Assembly (NCBI GenBank): GCA_002256785.1
Contig: NCIF01000004.1
Coordinates: 1-46,610 of the forward strand
Length of the DNA stretch: 46,610 bases
Origin: Hydrogenophilales bacterium 17-61-9
GTDB taxonomy: Bacteria > Pseudomonadota > Gammaproteobacteria > Burkholderiales > Thiobacillaceae
Direction: 5' to 3'
This document shows, one piece after another, positions 19,545 through 29,477 of this stretch; the stretch's first letter is position 1, and each line of letters opens with the position of its first letter. The position numbers were made by a program, and so were the translations under genes. The notes beneath the pieces were generated by a model. That model did not search any database, was not told the origin of the DNA, and worked only from the letters and a program-made list of their open reading frames with translations.

Positions 19545-20587
19545 GGCATCGCCCCGGCGTGGCTTTGCGCCGCGCCGGAGAAATCGGCCAGCAGCCTGGC
19601 GACGAATTCGGGTTCGAGGTCGCGCACGATGAAGACGAAGCGGCTGCGCCGGTCGTCGTCCGGCCAGGCGTCGAGCTTCACTTCCGGATACAGCACGTGC
19701 TGCACGCCATGCAGCACCACCGGTTGCGTCTCGCCCGCGAGGTTCACCAGCGCCTTGAAGCGCAGCAGGTTCTCGGCGCGGAACGAGGTGAGCATGTTGA
19801 GTGCCGACTGCAGGCCGTAGCGGTCGAGCGGGGCGTCGAGTACCACCGAGAAGGCCTGGATGCGGGCATCGTGCGGGGCCGTCGCGGGCTTGCCGCCAAG
19901 CGCGCCGGCGCGGGCCGGCTGGTAGCGCTGCGGCTTGAGCCAGCGCGCGATTTCAAGCGAGCGGGTTTCAGCGTTCCACAGCCCCAGGTTCTGGATCGCC
20001 GCGGGGTCGAGTTCACCGTTCGTGACGGTCACGATGTCGGCGGCCGGGTTGAGTGCCGCCAGCCGCTCGCGCAGCGCGGCGACAGTGTCGGCGGACGCCA
20101 GGTCGGTCTTGGTCAGGAGCAGCCGGTCGGCCACCGCGACCTGCTTCACCGCCTCGAAGTGTTCGTCCAGCTGGCCCATGCCGAACAGCGCATCGACCGT
20201 GGTCACCACGCCGTCGAGGCGGAAACGCGCGCGCACCCAGTTGTCGTGCAGGAGATTGTCGAGCACCGGCGCCGGGTCGGCGATGCCGGTGGTTTCGATG
20301 ACGACGCGCTCGAACGGCGGGATGTCGCCCGCCGCGCGCGCCATCCACAGGTTCTTCAGGGTCGGCGACAGGCTGCCCGAAATCGTGCAGCAGACGCAGC
20401 CGCCGGAGAGCAGCGCCATTGGGCCGTCCATTTTCTGCAGCAGTTGGTGGTCGAGCGCGACTGCGCCGAACTCGTTCATCAGGATGGCGGTGCGCGGCAG
20501 GGTGCGCACCAGATGGTTTAGCACCGTGGTCTTGCCGCTGCCCAGAAAACCGGTGAGCAGGGTGACGGGGAGCGGGGCGTCGGTCAT
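19541..20587 (-). CDS. COG0523 / CobW-family G3E metallochaperone GTPase
   Basis: [19 protein letters not shown] metal motif, [15 protein letters not shown]-terminal CobW_C (LLRFKA...HGVQH). Start ATG 20587. Confidence 0.92.
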   Translation of the reverse strand: MTDAPLPVTLLTGFLGSGKTTVLNHLVRTLPRTAILMNEFGAVALDHQLLQKMDGPMALLSGGCVCCTISGSLSPTLKNLWMARAAGDIPPFERVVIETTGIADPAPVLDNLLHDNWVRARFRLDGVVTTVDALFGMGQLDEHFEAVKQVAVADRLLLTKTDLASADTVAALRERLAALNPAADIVTVTNGELDPAAIQNLGLWNAETRSLEIARWLKPQRYQPARAGALGGKPATAPHDARIQAFSVVLDAPLDRYGLQSALNMLTSFRAENLLRFKALVNLAGETQPVVLHGVQHVLYPEVKLDAWPDDDRRSRFVFIVRDLEPEFVARLLADFSGAAQSHAGAMP

Positions 20588-20628
20588 CGCGGTGGCATGG
20601 TCGCAGTGGCGGGCGGACGCGGAAAGCC

Positions 20629-21048
20629 TCAGGCGCGCAGTTTTTCCATCTTCTCGTGGCGTTCCTGCGCCTCGATTGAATATTCGGCAGTGGGGCGTGC
20701 CAGCAATCGGGCCAGACCGATGGGGTCGCCGGTTTCCAGGCACCAGCCGTATTCGCCGCTGTCGATGCGCGTCAACGCGGTGTTGATCTTTTTCAGCAGC
20801 TTGCGTTCGCGGTCGCGCACGCGCTGCTCCAGCATGTGCTCCTCTTCCACCGTGGCGCGGTCGTTGGGGTCGGCGAAGTTCTCGTTTTCCTTCAGGGTCG
20901 CGCCGGTGTCGGCGGCGTTGCTGAGCATTTCGTCGCGCAGGGCTTCCAGCCGGACGCGAAAAAACGCGAGCTGGGCCGGGTTCATGTAGGCCGCGGCCGG
21001 CATTTTGAGCAGCGCAGCTTCAGTGATCGGTTTGGACGTGGTCGGCAT
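20629..21048 (-). CDS. dksA: RNA polymerase-binding transcription factor DksA, one-cysteine (zinc-independent) type
   Basis: Coiled-coil tip DPNDRA and RDRERKLLKKI. The finger region reads CLET-x17-SIEA instead of CxxC-x17-CxxC. Confidence 0.93.
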   Translation of the reverse strand: MPTTSKPITEAALLKMPAAAYMNPAQLAFFRVRLEALRDEMLSNAADTGATLKENENFADPNDRATVEEEHMLEQRVRDRERKLLKKINTALTRIDSGEYGWCLETGDPIGLARLLARPTAEYSIEAQERHEKMEKLRA

Positions 21049-21153
21049 CAGGGGACTCCAGGTGTCTAATATCTATACTGTTTATCGTGCGCGAAACCAG
21101 GCAACCGGATGAGGAGCAGGCTAGCAAAACGCAAGGATGTTTATGGCTGTGTT

Positions 21154-21198
21154 TGATGACACAACCGTGCATCATAACCCCGTACGCAACTTATCGGC
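21154..21198 (-). promoter_or_regulatory. Candidate promoter and operator of the dksA operon
   Basis: Minus strand GTGCCG-18-TATGAT, overlapped by the imperfect palindrome TGATGACACAACCGTGCATCA (21154-21174), with a GCAAC half-site at 21186-21190. Confidence 0.3.
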
Positions 21199-21350
21199 AC
21201 CCCCGGGGCGCAGCCCTTGCCAGGCCGGCCCTGTAGCGGGTCTGGCAGGGGTGCGGACGGCGGGGTGGTCCATGTTGTCGCCCGCCGGCATCCCGGGGCC
21301 GGAAAAAATCCGAAAATGAGGGATGAGGGGGGATAGGCGATAATCCGGTG

Positions 21351-22424
21351 ATGAAAACGAGCTTGTTGCTACCGGCCTTGCTGGCCTTGCTGGCGGCTTG
21401 CGGCCGCGATGCGCCGCCGCCCCCGGCAGACATTCGCCCCGTTCGCGCCGAACAGATCGGGGTGCAGACGGATCGCACCCGCACGCATTATGCCGGCGCA
21501 GTGCGCGCCCGTTATGAGACCGATCTGGCTTTTCGCGTGGCAGGCCGGGTGCAAACCCGTTTGGTGGAGGTCGGCGCGCAAGTCAAAGCCGGCCAGGTGA
21601 TGGCCACGCTGGAGCCGCAGGATTACGCGCTGGCGGCGCGCGCGGCGCGGGCGCAGCTCACGGCCGCCGAGGCGGAAGCCCGGCTGGCGCAGCAGGATTT
21701 GCAGCGTTTTACCGAATTGCGCGCGCAGAGTTTCATTTCCCAGGCTGAACTCGACCGCCGCCGCACGGCGACCGCTGCGGCGCAGGCAAGGGAAAGCCAG
21801 TTGCGTGCCGAGGCCGCGCGGCAAGCTAACCAGCAAGGCTATACGCGTCTGACCGCGCCGCATGCCGGCGTGGTGACGACGATTGCCTTCGAGGCCGGGC
21901 AGGTGGTGGCAGCCGGGCAGCCGCTGGCGCAACTGGCGCGCTCGGGCGAGCGGGAGGTGCATATCGATGTGCCGGAGAATGCGCTCGACACGCTGCGTGC
22001 GGCACCGGAACTGACTCTGCGCTTGTGGTCGGCGCCCGACGCGAGCTACCCCGGTCGCCTGCGCGAGCTGTCGCCGATGGCCGATGCGGGCAGCCGGACC
22101 TACCGCGCCCGCGTGCGTTTTCTTAATCCCGATGCACGGGTGACGCTGGGCATGACGGCCACGGTGGAGGTGGGCAGCGAAGCCGCACCGGGTTTGTCGG
22201 TGGCACAGACGGCCCTGTTTAAAGTGAACGGCCTGCCGCAAGTGTGGGTGGTCGATCCCGCCACGCAAAAAGTGGCCGCGCGCAGCGTGCAACTGGGCGC
22301 GCTGCGCGGCGACCGGGCGGCGGTGGTTTCCGGACTCCAGGCGGGCGAATGGGTGGTGACCGCGGGCGTGCACAAAATCGCGCCAGGCCAGCAGGTGCGC
22401 CTCGCGCTACCCGGACAGCCATGA
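21351..22424 (+). CDS. RND efflux periplasmic adaptor (MFP) lipoprotein
   Basis: Lipobox LAAC, LAFRVAGRV, LTAPHAGVV, SRTYRAR, GLQAGEWVVTAG. Confidence 0.92.
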   Translation: MKTSLLLPALLALLAACGRDAPPPPADIRPVRAEQIGVQTDRTRTHYAGAVRARYETDLAFRVAGRVQTRLVEVGAQVKAGQVMATLEPQDYALAARAARAQLTAAEAEARLAQQDLQRFTELRAQSFISQAELDRRRTATAAAQARESQLRAEAARQANQQGYTRLTAPHAGVVTTIAFEAGQVVAAGQPLAQLARSGEREVHIDVPENALDTLRAAPELTLRLWSAPDASYPGRLRELSPMADAGSRTYRARVRFLNPDARVTLGMTATVEVGSEAAPGLSVAQTALFKVNGLPQVWVVDPATQKVAARSVQLGALRGDRAAVVSGLQAGEWVVTAGVHKIAPGQQVRLALPGQP

Positions 22425-25400
22425 CCGATCCGCACTCGTTCAAGCCTGGGCGCGGCAACCTGTCGCGCTGGGCGATCGATCACCCCGCGCTGGTGCGCTT
22501 CTTTATCGTGCTGATCCTGCTGGTCGGTGCGCGTGCCTATTTCCAGCTGGGGCAGGCGGAAGACCCGCCGTTTACCTTCAAGACCATGCTGATACAGGCG
22601 CAGTGGCCGGGGGCGACGGCGGAGGAAGTGTCCGCGCAATTGACCGAGCGCATCGAGAAAAAACTCCAGGAAATGCCCGAGCTCGATTTTGTGCAGAGCT
22701 ACGCCAAGCCGGGCGAAACCACGCTGTTCGTCAACATCAGGGAAACCGTGCGTGGGCGCGACGTGGAGGCGGCCTGGTACCAGGTTCGCAAGCGTATCGG
22801 CGACCTGAAACCGCAGTTGCCTGCCGGGGTGCAGGGGCCATTTTTCAACGATGAATTCGGCGACACCTTCGGCTCGATTTACGCGTTCACCGGCGAGGGC
22901 TTCAGCCGCGCCGAATTGCGTCGCGCCGCCGAGGAGGCGCTGCGCGAAGTGCGGCGCCTGCCCCATGTCGGCAAGGTCGACCTGTTTGGTGTGGTGCCGG
23001 AAAAAATCTACATCGAGATGGCGGCGCAAAAGCTCGCTACGCTGAATGTCAGTCCGCAGCAGATCATGCAGGCGGTGCAGGAACAGAACGGCGTGGTCGC
23101 CAACGGGCGGGTGGAAAACGATGCGCTGTCGATACCCGTGCGCGTGTCGGGGCCGTATTCCGATGTCGGGCGCCTGCGCGAAACCCTGGTCAAGGTGGGA
23201 GCGCACAGCCTGCGGCTGGGCGATATTGCCGAGGTGACGCGGCGCTACGAGGACCCGCCTGCGACGTCTGTTCGCTCGCAGGGGGCGCCTACGGTATTGC
23301 TGGGGGTGTCGCTGGCAAAGGGGGGTGATGTGATCGCCATGGGGCGCGCCGTTTCGGTTGCCATGGACGCGCTGGAAAAGACCTTGCCCATCGGGATGGA
23401 TATTCAGCAGATCCACGACCAGCCCCGCATCGTGAGCAGTGCGGTCAACCTGTTCATGATGAGTTTTCTCGAAGCCGTGGCCATCGTGCTGGCGGTGACG
23501 TTTCTGGCGCTGAAATGGCGCGCCGGACTGGTGGTTGCGCTCTCCATTCCGGTGGTGCTGGCGATCACCTTCACCGTCATGTGGCTGTTCAAGATCGACC
23601 TGCATCGCATTTCAACGGGCGCGCTCATCATTTCGCTTGGCCTGCTGGTGGATGACGCCATCATTGCGGTGGAAATGATGGCGCACAAGCTCGAGGCCGG
23701 CTGGGGTCGTTACGAAGCCGCCACCTACGCCTTTCAGTCCACCGCCTTGCCCATGCTGACAGGGACGCTGCTGACCGCGACCGCTTTCTTGCCGATTGCG
23801 CTCGCCCAGTCGATGGTCGGTGAATACACCTTCGCCATCTTTGCGGTCACGACCGTTGCGTTGCTTTCATCCTGGCTGGTGGCCGTGATGGTGACCCCTT
23901 ATCTGGGCTTTGTCCTGTTGAAACCCGCCGATCGGGCGACGGAGGAAGACGCCACCTACCGCACGCCGTTTTACCGTCGCTTTCGTGCTGCGGTGACCTG
24001 GTGCGTGACGCATCGCCGCACCGTGATTGCGCTGACGGTGCTGGCATTGATCGTCGGCGTGGCGGCGATGCAGCGGGTCGAGAAACAGTTTTTCCCGCAG
24101 TCCGACCGGCTCGAGATCCTGGTTGAAATGTGGCTGCCGGAAGGCGCTTCGATTGACGCCACCCGTGCCGAAGCCATCAAGCTCGAAAACCTGGTGCGAC
24201 AGGATCGCGATGTGGCGCACGTGCTCAACTACATCGGCCAGGGCGCGCCGCGTTTTGTGCTGGCGCTGGACCAGCGGCTGAACAACCGCAACTTTGCGCA
24301 ACTGGTGGTGATCGCAAAAGATGTGCCGGCGCGCGAGCGTGAGCTCGCCCGCATCCGCACCTTGTTCGAGACCGATTTTCCCAACGTGCGCGGGCGCGCG
24401 GTGCGGTTTGAATATGGCCCGCCGGCCGGCTATCCGGTGCAATACCGGCTCTCGGGGACGGCTATCCCGCAACTGAAAGTCGAGGCCGAAAAGCTGCGCG
24501 AAATCGTCGCCGCACATTCGCAGGTAACGGCGGTGAACCTGGACTGGAATGCGCAGTCGCTGGCGGTCAAGGCGCTGCTCGATCAGGACAAGATCAAGGC
24601 GCTGGGCCTGAGTTCGGACAGTGTCGGGCATCTGGTCGCGATGCAGCTGGCGGGCGTGGCGCTTACCCAGTTCCGTGAAGACGACTTGTTGATCGACGTG
24701 GTGCTGCGCTCGCCGCGCAATGCGCATCGGCAAGTCGATGCGCTGCAGTCCCTGCCTGTCGGCAGCTTCAACGGCCAGAGCGTGACGCTGGGGCAAGTCG
24801 CCCACTTCAAGACCGGGTTCGAGGATGGCGTGATCTGGCGGCGTGACCGCTTGCCGACCATCGCGGTGCGCGGCGACCCGGTGGGCAATATCCAGCCCGC
24901 TACGGTTATCGATGCGCTTGCGCCGCAGGTGGCCCGCTTCAAGGCGCAGTTGCCCGATGGGTTCCGGCTGGAGGTGGGCGGCCCGGTGGAGAGCAGCGCC
25001 AAGGCCAATGCCGCTATTGGCGCCTCGTGGCCGCTGATCGTGATCACCACCCTGAGCTTGCTGATGCTGCAACTCGGCAGTTTTTCGCGTTCCTTGCTGG
25101 TGGTGCTGACGGCGCCGCTCGGCATTATCGGCGTAGCCATCGCGTTGCTGGTGAGCGGTCGTCCGATGGGTTTTGTCGCGCTGCTCGGCATCATCTCGCT
25201 GGCGGGCATGATCATGCGCAACGCGGTGATTCTGGTCGACCAGATCCAGCAGGATGTCCGTCGCGGCCTGTCGCAGCGGGATGCCATCATCGAATCCACG
25301 GTACGGCGGATGCGCCCGATCAGCCTGACCGCAGCGGCCGCTGCATTGGCTATGATTCCCTTGTCGCGCTCGATTTTCTGGGGCCCGATGGCAGTCGCGG

Positions 25401-25489
25401 TGATGGGGGGGCTGGTCGCGGCGACCTTCCTCACCCTGTTTTTTCTGCCGGCCTTGTATGCGGCGTGGTTCAGGGTAAAAGCGGCTTAG
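22421..25489 (+). CDS. RND efflux permease (AcrB/HAE1 family)
   Basis: NLSRWAI, EDPPFT, FNDEFGD, GLLVDDAIIAVE proton-relay motif, RNAVILVDQI, RMRPISLT. ATGA overlap with the MFP gene. Confidence 0.93.
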   Translation: MTDPHSFKPGRGNLSRWAIDHPALVRFFIVLILLVGARAYFQLGQAEDPPFTFKTMLIQAQWPGATAEEVSAQLTERIEKKLQEMPELDFVQSYAKPGETTLFVNIRETVRGRDVEAAWYQVRKRIGDLKPQLPAGVQGPFFNDEFGDTFGSIYAFTGEGFSRAELRRAAEEALREVRRLPHVGKVDLFGVVPEKIYIEMAAQKLATLNVSPQQIMQAVQEQNGVVANGRVENDALSIPVRVSGPYSDVGRLRETLVKVGAHSLRLGDIAEVTRRYEDPPATSVRSQGAPTVLLGVSLAKGGDVIAMGRAVSVAMDALEKTLPIGMDIQQIHDQPRIVSSAVNLFMMSFLEAVAIVLAVTFLALKWRAGLVVALSIPVVLAITFTVMWLFKIDLHRISTGALIISLGLLVDDAIIAVEMMAHKLEAGWGRYEAATYAFQSTALPMLTGTLLTATAFLPIALAQSMVGEYTFAIFAVTTVALLSSWLVAVMVTPYLGFVLLKPADRATEEDATYRTPFYRRFRAAVTWCVTHRRTVIALTVLALIVGVAAMQRVEKQFFPQSDRLEILVEMWLPEGASIDATRAEAIKLENLVRQDRDVAHVLNYIGQGAPRFVLALDQRLNNRNFAQLVVIAKDVPARERELARIRTLFETDFPNVRGRAVRFEYGPPAGYPVQYRLSGTAIPQLKVEAEKLREIVAAHSQVTAVNLDWNAQSLAVKALLDQDKIKALGLSSDSVGHLVAMQLAGVALTQFREDDLLIDVVLRSPRNAHRQVDALQSLPVGSFNGQSVTLGQVAHFKTGFEDGVIWRRDRLPTIAVRGDPVGNIQPATVIDALAPQVARFKAQLPDGFRLEVGGPVESSAKANAAIGASWPLIVITTLSLLMLQLGSFSRSLLVVLTAPLGIIGVAIALLVSGRPMGFVALLGIISLAGMIMRNAVILVDQIQQDVRRGLSQRDAIIESTVRRMRPISLTAAAAALAMIPLSRSIFWGPMAVAVMGGLVAATFLTLFFLPALYAAWFRVKAA

Positions 25490-25521
25490 TTCCTTAAAAT
25501 GACAGGGTGCAAGGAGGCGGA

Positions 25522-26073
25522 ATGAAAGCAATGGTAGCGGGGCTTGCATGGTTGCTGGGCGGGTGTGCGTCGCTTGGGTCACCCAACCCGGCGTCGCCGT
25601 ATTACGCATACAGCCCGGGTTGGGTGGCGCGACTTGAGCGGCCGTTGACGATTCCGCGGGATGCCGCCACCGTGCGGCTGCAATACGGCGAAGTGGTGCC
25701 GCGCAACAGCGTGCAGGAACACGATCCGTATTGCGTGGTGGAACTGAACACCGTGCGCGCCGAACCGCAGGTTCTGCAGCCGGGCCGGTTCGAAGTGTGG
25801 CGGGTGACGCGTAGCGTCGAAACCCTGGCCGCAACCGCCTCGCCTTTTCTCAAAACGCGTTATGCGTTCGATGACACCGGCCCTTCATTTTTATATTACA
25901 AAACCGAATTCCATCTGCGCGATCCTGCGCAGCCGGATTTACGCAGCCTGACCTGCGCATGGGATCAAATGGCGCCGGGAAACCGGGCGCTCATGCGCCA
26001 TCTCGCGCTAGACGAGATACGCAGCGCGCTCGGCGACTGGATCGCGTTGATACCCCCCGGAGAGAGCCTGTGA
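25522..26073 (+). CDS. Hypothetical lipoprotein
   Basis: AAGGAGG RBS, lipobox LLGGC, two further Cys (PYC, LTC). GTGA overlap with ppk2. Confidence 0.75.
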   Translation: MKAMVAGLAWLLGGCASLGSPNPASPYYAYSPGWVARLERPLTIPRDAATVRLQYGEVVPRNSVQEHDPYCVVELNTVRAEPQVLQPGRFEVWRVTRSVETLAATASPFLKTRYAFDDTGPSFLYYKTEFHLRDPAQPDLRSLTCAWDQMAPGNRALMRHLALDEIRSALGDWIALIPPGESL

Positions 26074-26879
26074 AACCCGCTGATACACGCATCCCGCCCG
26101 GCGCCCGGGTCAAGTTGTCGCAATGGGACCCCGATGACCGGGAGATTATCGGCAACAAGAAAAGCGACGCGCGCGAACGTCTGGATGAATTTCGCGAGCG
26201 ACTCGACTCGCTGCAGGAACTGCTGTACGCCGAAGGCAGGCACAAGGTTCTGGTCGTATTGCAGGCCATGGATACCGCCGGCAAGGACTCGACCATCCGC
26301 CATGTATTTCAGGAGGTCAATCCGCTGGGCGTTCGTGTCGCCAATTTCAAGGCGCCCACCCACTATGAACTGGCGCGCGACTATCTGTGGCGGGTGCATC
26401 AACACGTGCCGGGCGCCGGCGAGATAGGCATATTCAACCGTTCGCACTACGAAGATGTGCTCATCACCCGGGTGAATGGCTGGATCAATGCGGCCGAATG
26501 CAGGCGGCGTTACCGTCAGATCAACGATTTTGAACGCATGCTGACGGAAACCGGCACCACAATCCTGAAGTGTTATCTCCACATTTCGCATGAGGAACAG
26601 AAAGAGCGCTTGGAGGAACGGCGCGATATACCGAGAAAACAGTGGAAGTTTCATCCTGAAGATATCGCCGTACGTGCGCAGTGGGACGACTACATGAAGG
26701 CCTACGAGGCCGCGCTGTCGGCCACCAGCACGGTGCACGCGCCGTGGCACGTGATTCCTGCCAACAGCAAGCTGGCCCGCAATCTGATGGTGTCGGGCCT
26801 GCTGATCGAGGCGCTGGAAAAGCTGAAGATGCGCTATCCGGCGCCGGCCGAGGGGCTCGAAGACGTCGTGATTTCCTGA
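26070..26879 (+). CDS. ppk2: Polyphosphate kinase 2 family protein
   Basis: LQAMDTAGKD Walker A, FNRSHYEDVL, QINDFERML, KQWKF, APWHVIPAN. GTG start at 26070. Confidence 0.92.
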   Translation: MKPADTRIPPGARVKLSQWDPDDREIIGNKKSDARERLDEFRERLDSLQELLYAEGRHKVLVVLQAMDTAGKDSTIRHVFQEVNPLGVRVANFKAPTHYELARDYLWRVHQHVPGAGEIGIFNRSHYEDVLITRVNGWINAAECRRRYRQINDFERMLTETGTTILKCYLHISHEEQKERLEERRDIPRKQWKFHPEDIAVRAQWDDYMKAYEAALSATSTVHAPWHVIPANSKLARNLMVSGLLIEALEKLKMRYPAPAEGLEDVVIS

Positions 26880-26883
26880 TGGT

Positions 26884-27039
26884 TTAATGAACCAGCGTCA
26901 GGTGCGGCGAGTGTGGATTGGGTGTCGGTACAGGTTCTGATAATCCGGGCGCCGGCGGCCAGTTCGGCAGCGCTTCCTGGCGGTGGATATGGTCGCCCTG
27001 CAAATAGTCCACGCCCATATCGTTCAGCAGCGTGGCGGA
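26884..27039 (-). pseudogene. Remnant C-terminus of an EAL-domain gene
   Basis: The frame after the xerC stop reads ATLLNDMGVDYLQGDHIHRQE..., resembling the EAL C-terminal L..MGVD(Y)xQG(Y)...RP motif. No N-terminal part is present. Confidence 0.6.
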
Positions 27040-27043
27040 TGGC

Positions 27044-27934
27044 TCAGGATTTTTTGCGCGCGCGCGGATGGGCCTGGTCGTAAACCTTGGCCAGATGCTG
27101 CCAGTCGAGATGGGTGTAAACCTGCGTGGTGCTGATGCTGGCGTGGCCGAGCATTTCCTGCACGGCGCGCAGGTCGCCGGACGATTGCAGCACATGGGTT
27201 GCGAATGCGTGGCGCAGCATGTGCGGGTGAACGTGCTGGCCGAGGCCGGCCCGCAGCGCCCAGCGGTTGAGTCGCAGTTGAACGCTGCGCGGGGTGAGGC
27301 GGCTGCCGCGCTGGCTGATGAACAGCGCGGGCGTGTTGGCGCGCGCCAACGGAAGCCGGTGTTTCATCCAGGCGGTTATGGCGATCAATGCCTGGCGGCC
27401 GACCGGAACAATACGGGTTTTGCGGCCCTTGCCGGTGACCTGCGCTTCGCCGGTTTTCAGGTCGAGGTCGTTCAGATCGAGCGCGCTCAGTTCGGACAGC
27501 CGCAGGCCGGACGAATAAAACAGCTCGAACATGGCGCGGTCGCGTGCCTGCAGGGCGTCATCAACCGCAGCATCGGTCGCGCCGTTGAGGAGTTGGGTAC
27601 ATGCGTCGGGGGAGAGCACCTGCGGCAAGGCCCGCGCCGCTTTGGGCGGACGCAGGCCGATGCAGGGGTTGCGGGCGTAACCGAGGCGGCGGCAGGCAAA
27701 GCTGTAAAAGCCGCGCCAGCTTGAAAGCTGGCGCGCCACGCTGGAGGCCGCCAGGCTTTGGCCGCGCAATTTGACGATGGCGCCGCGGATGTCGGCGATC
27801 TCCAGATCGGCAAGCGATTTGTCGCCGGCCAGTTTGCTTAAATTTCTCAGGTCGCGCTGATAGGCCGCAACCGTGTGCGGCGAGAGCCGCCGTTCGGCTG
27901 CGAGGTGCTGCAGATACCGATCGACGGCGTTCAC
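27044..27934 (-). CDS. xerC: Tyrosine recombinase XerC
   Basis: RLSPHTVAAYQRDL, SSGLRLSEL, GKGRKTR, HPHMLRHAFATH, LGHASISTTQVYTHLD. Canonical dapF-DUF484-xerC synteny. Confidence 0.95.
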   Translation of the reverse strand: MNAVDRYLQHLAAERRLSPHTVAAYQRDLRNLSKLAGDKSLADLEIADIRGAIVKLRGQSLAASSVARQLSSWRGFYSFACRRLGYARNPCIGLRPPKAARALPQVLSPDACTQLLNGATDAAVDDALQARDRAMFELFYSSGLRLSELSALDLNDLDLKTGEAQVTGKGRKTRIVPVGRQALIAITAWMKHRLPLARANTPALFISQRGSRLTPRSVQLRLNRWALRAGLGQHVHPHMLRHAFATHVLQSSGDLRAVQEMLGHASISTTQVYTHLDWQHLAKVYDQAHPRARKKS

Positions 27935-27945
27935 GACCTGCCGTG

Positions 27946-28629
27946 TCAGGCTGAGGGCTGCATCCGCAGCAGGGCCGCGCTGACCAGTTGCCCCACGCGT
28001 TCAATGTAGAGCGTGCCCATGCCGGGATAAAAACGTTTGGCTTCTTCCGACGCCAGCACCAGCAATCCGATCGGCGCCCCCTGCGGGGTGGGCCGTAGCG
28101 GAATGCAGGCAAACGCGCGCAGGTGCGGCGATATTTCTCCGAACCAGTCGCTGGCCTCGTCAATCGCCAGTGCGCCACACACGGGGTGCGTCATGGCCAG
28201 GACGCTGGCGCGGCCTGCTGCCGACATCGGGTCGCTGAGGCCGGGTGCGGCGCCTTCCGGCAGATCCCATGCGCGCAGGGCGTGGTGCGGCACTTCGAAC
28301 CCGTCGCGTAGGTGGATGGCCAGCGCTGCGACAATATCCTGCGGGGTGCGGGCAGTCAGCAAGGCCATCGTCATGGCGTGCAGTTTTTCGGAAATGCCGT
28401 CGTTTTCCTCGCCAAACTGAATCAGCTCGGCCAGCTTGGCTTCCAGCATCTGCACCTTGTCGCGCATCGCGATGAGTTGGCGCTCGCTCATCGATATTGC
28501 GTGGGCGCCATGCGGATGCGGGATCTGCAGATCCGCCAGTAAAGCGGGGAATTCGTTGAAAAACCCCGGATGCCGGGTCAAAAATTCGGCGATGGCCTGC
28601 GGGTCGAGTGTGGCGGGTTGCATGTCCAT
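27946..28629 (-). CDS. DUF484 (YigA-like) GAF-fold protein
   Basis: FLTRHPGFF, IPHPHG..AISMSERQ, RFYPGMGTLY. Lies between dapF and xerC. Confidence 0.9.
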   Translation of the reverse strand: MDMQPATLDPQAIAEFLTRHPGFFNEFPALLADLQIPHPHGAHAISMSERQLIAMRDKVQMLEAKLAELIQFGEENDGISEKLHAMTMALLTARTPQDIVAALAIHLRDGFEVPHHALRAWDLPEGAAPGLSDPMSAAGRASVLAMTHPVCGALAIDEASDWFGEISPHLRAFACIPLRPTPQGAPIGLLVLASEEAKRFYPGMGTLYIERVGQLVSAALLRMQPSA

Positions 28630-29477
28630 TAGATTTCCAGTTCTCCCTCAAATACGGTTTCAGCCGGACCGGTCATGTAGACCGGCTGGTTTTTTCCTGC
28701 CCATTCGATCACCAGGTCGCCGCCCTTCGTATGCACGCTGACCGGGCTTTTCAGCCAGTCCTGATGGATGCCCGCCACGGCAGCCGCACAGGCGCCGGTG
28801 CCGCAGGCCAGCGTCTCGCCGGCGCCGCGCTCGTAGACGCGCAGGCGGATGTCGTGCGGCGTGAGCACCTGCATGAAGCCGGCGTTGACCCGCTGCGGAA
28901 AGCGCGTATGCGATTCGATCGCGGGGCCGAGTATGTCGATCGGCGCGCTGTCGAGATCGTTGACCCGCAGCACCGCATGCGGATTGCCCATCGACAGCGC
29001 GGCGATGTTGATGACGTGCTGGCCGACCTTGAGCGGATAGGTCATGGCTTCGGTTTCGGCGACGAACGGGATGTCGGCGGGCGCAAAACGCGGTGCGCCC
29101 ATATCCACCCTGATCAGGCCGTTGTCGAGCAGGTGGGGCTCGATGATGCCGGAAGCGGTTTCGACGCGAATGCTGGTTTTGTTGGTCAGCCCGCGGCTGT
29201 GCACAAAACGCACGAAGCAGCGCGCCCCGTTTCCGCATTGCTCCACTTCGCCCCCGTCGGCGTTAAATATCCGGTAACGGAAATCGACGTCGGCACGGGT
29301 GGGTTTTTCAACCAGTAAAATCTGATCGCAGCCGACGCCGAAATGGCGGTCCGCGATCCGGCGGTATTGCGCGGCGGTGAGCGCAATGGGCTGTGCGATG
29401 CCATCGAGCACGACAAAGTCATTGCCGAGCCCCTGCATTTTGGTGAAACGAAGTCGCGTGCCATTTTGGGTCTTCAT
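28629..29477 (-). CDS. dapF: Diaminopimelate epimerase
   Basis: [41 protein letters not shown]. Confidence 0.97.
   Translation of the reverse strand: MKTQNGTRLRFTKMQGLGNDFVVLDGIAQPIALTAAQYRRIADRHFGVGCDQILLVEKPTRADVDFRYRIFNADGGEVEQCGNGARCFVRFVHSRGLTNKTSIRVETASGIIEPHLLDNGLIRVDMGAPRFAPADIPFVAETEAMTYPLKVGQHVINIAALSMGNPHAVLRVNDLDSAPIDILGPAIESHTRFPQRVNAGFMQVLTPHDIRLRVYERGAGETLACGTGACAAAVAGIHQDWLKSPVSVHTKGGDLVIEWAGKNQPVYMTGPAETVFEGELEI

Noticed and set aside
21191-21198. Exact GCCGATAA (sigma28 -10) upstream of dksA
   Set aside because: There is no TAAA/TCAA element at the required 15-nt spacing.
27044-27934. Tyrosine recombinase as a mobile-element integrase
   Set aside because: Sequence and the dapF-DUF484-xerC context identify housekeeping XerC.
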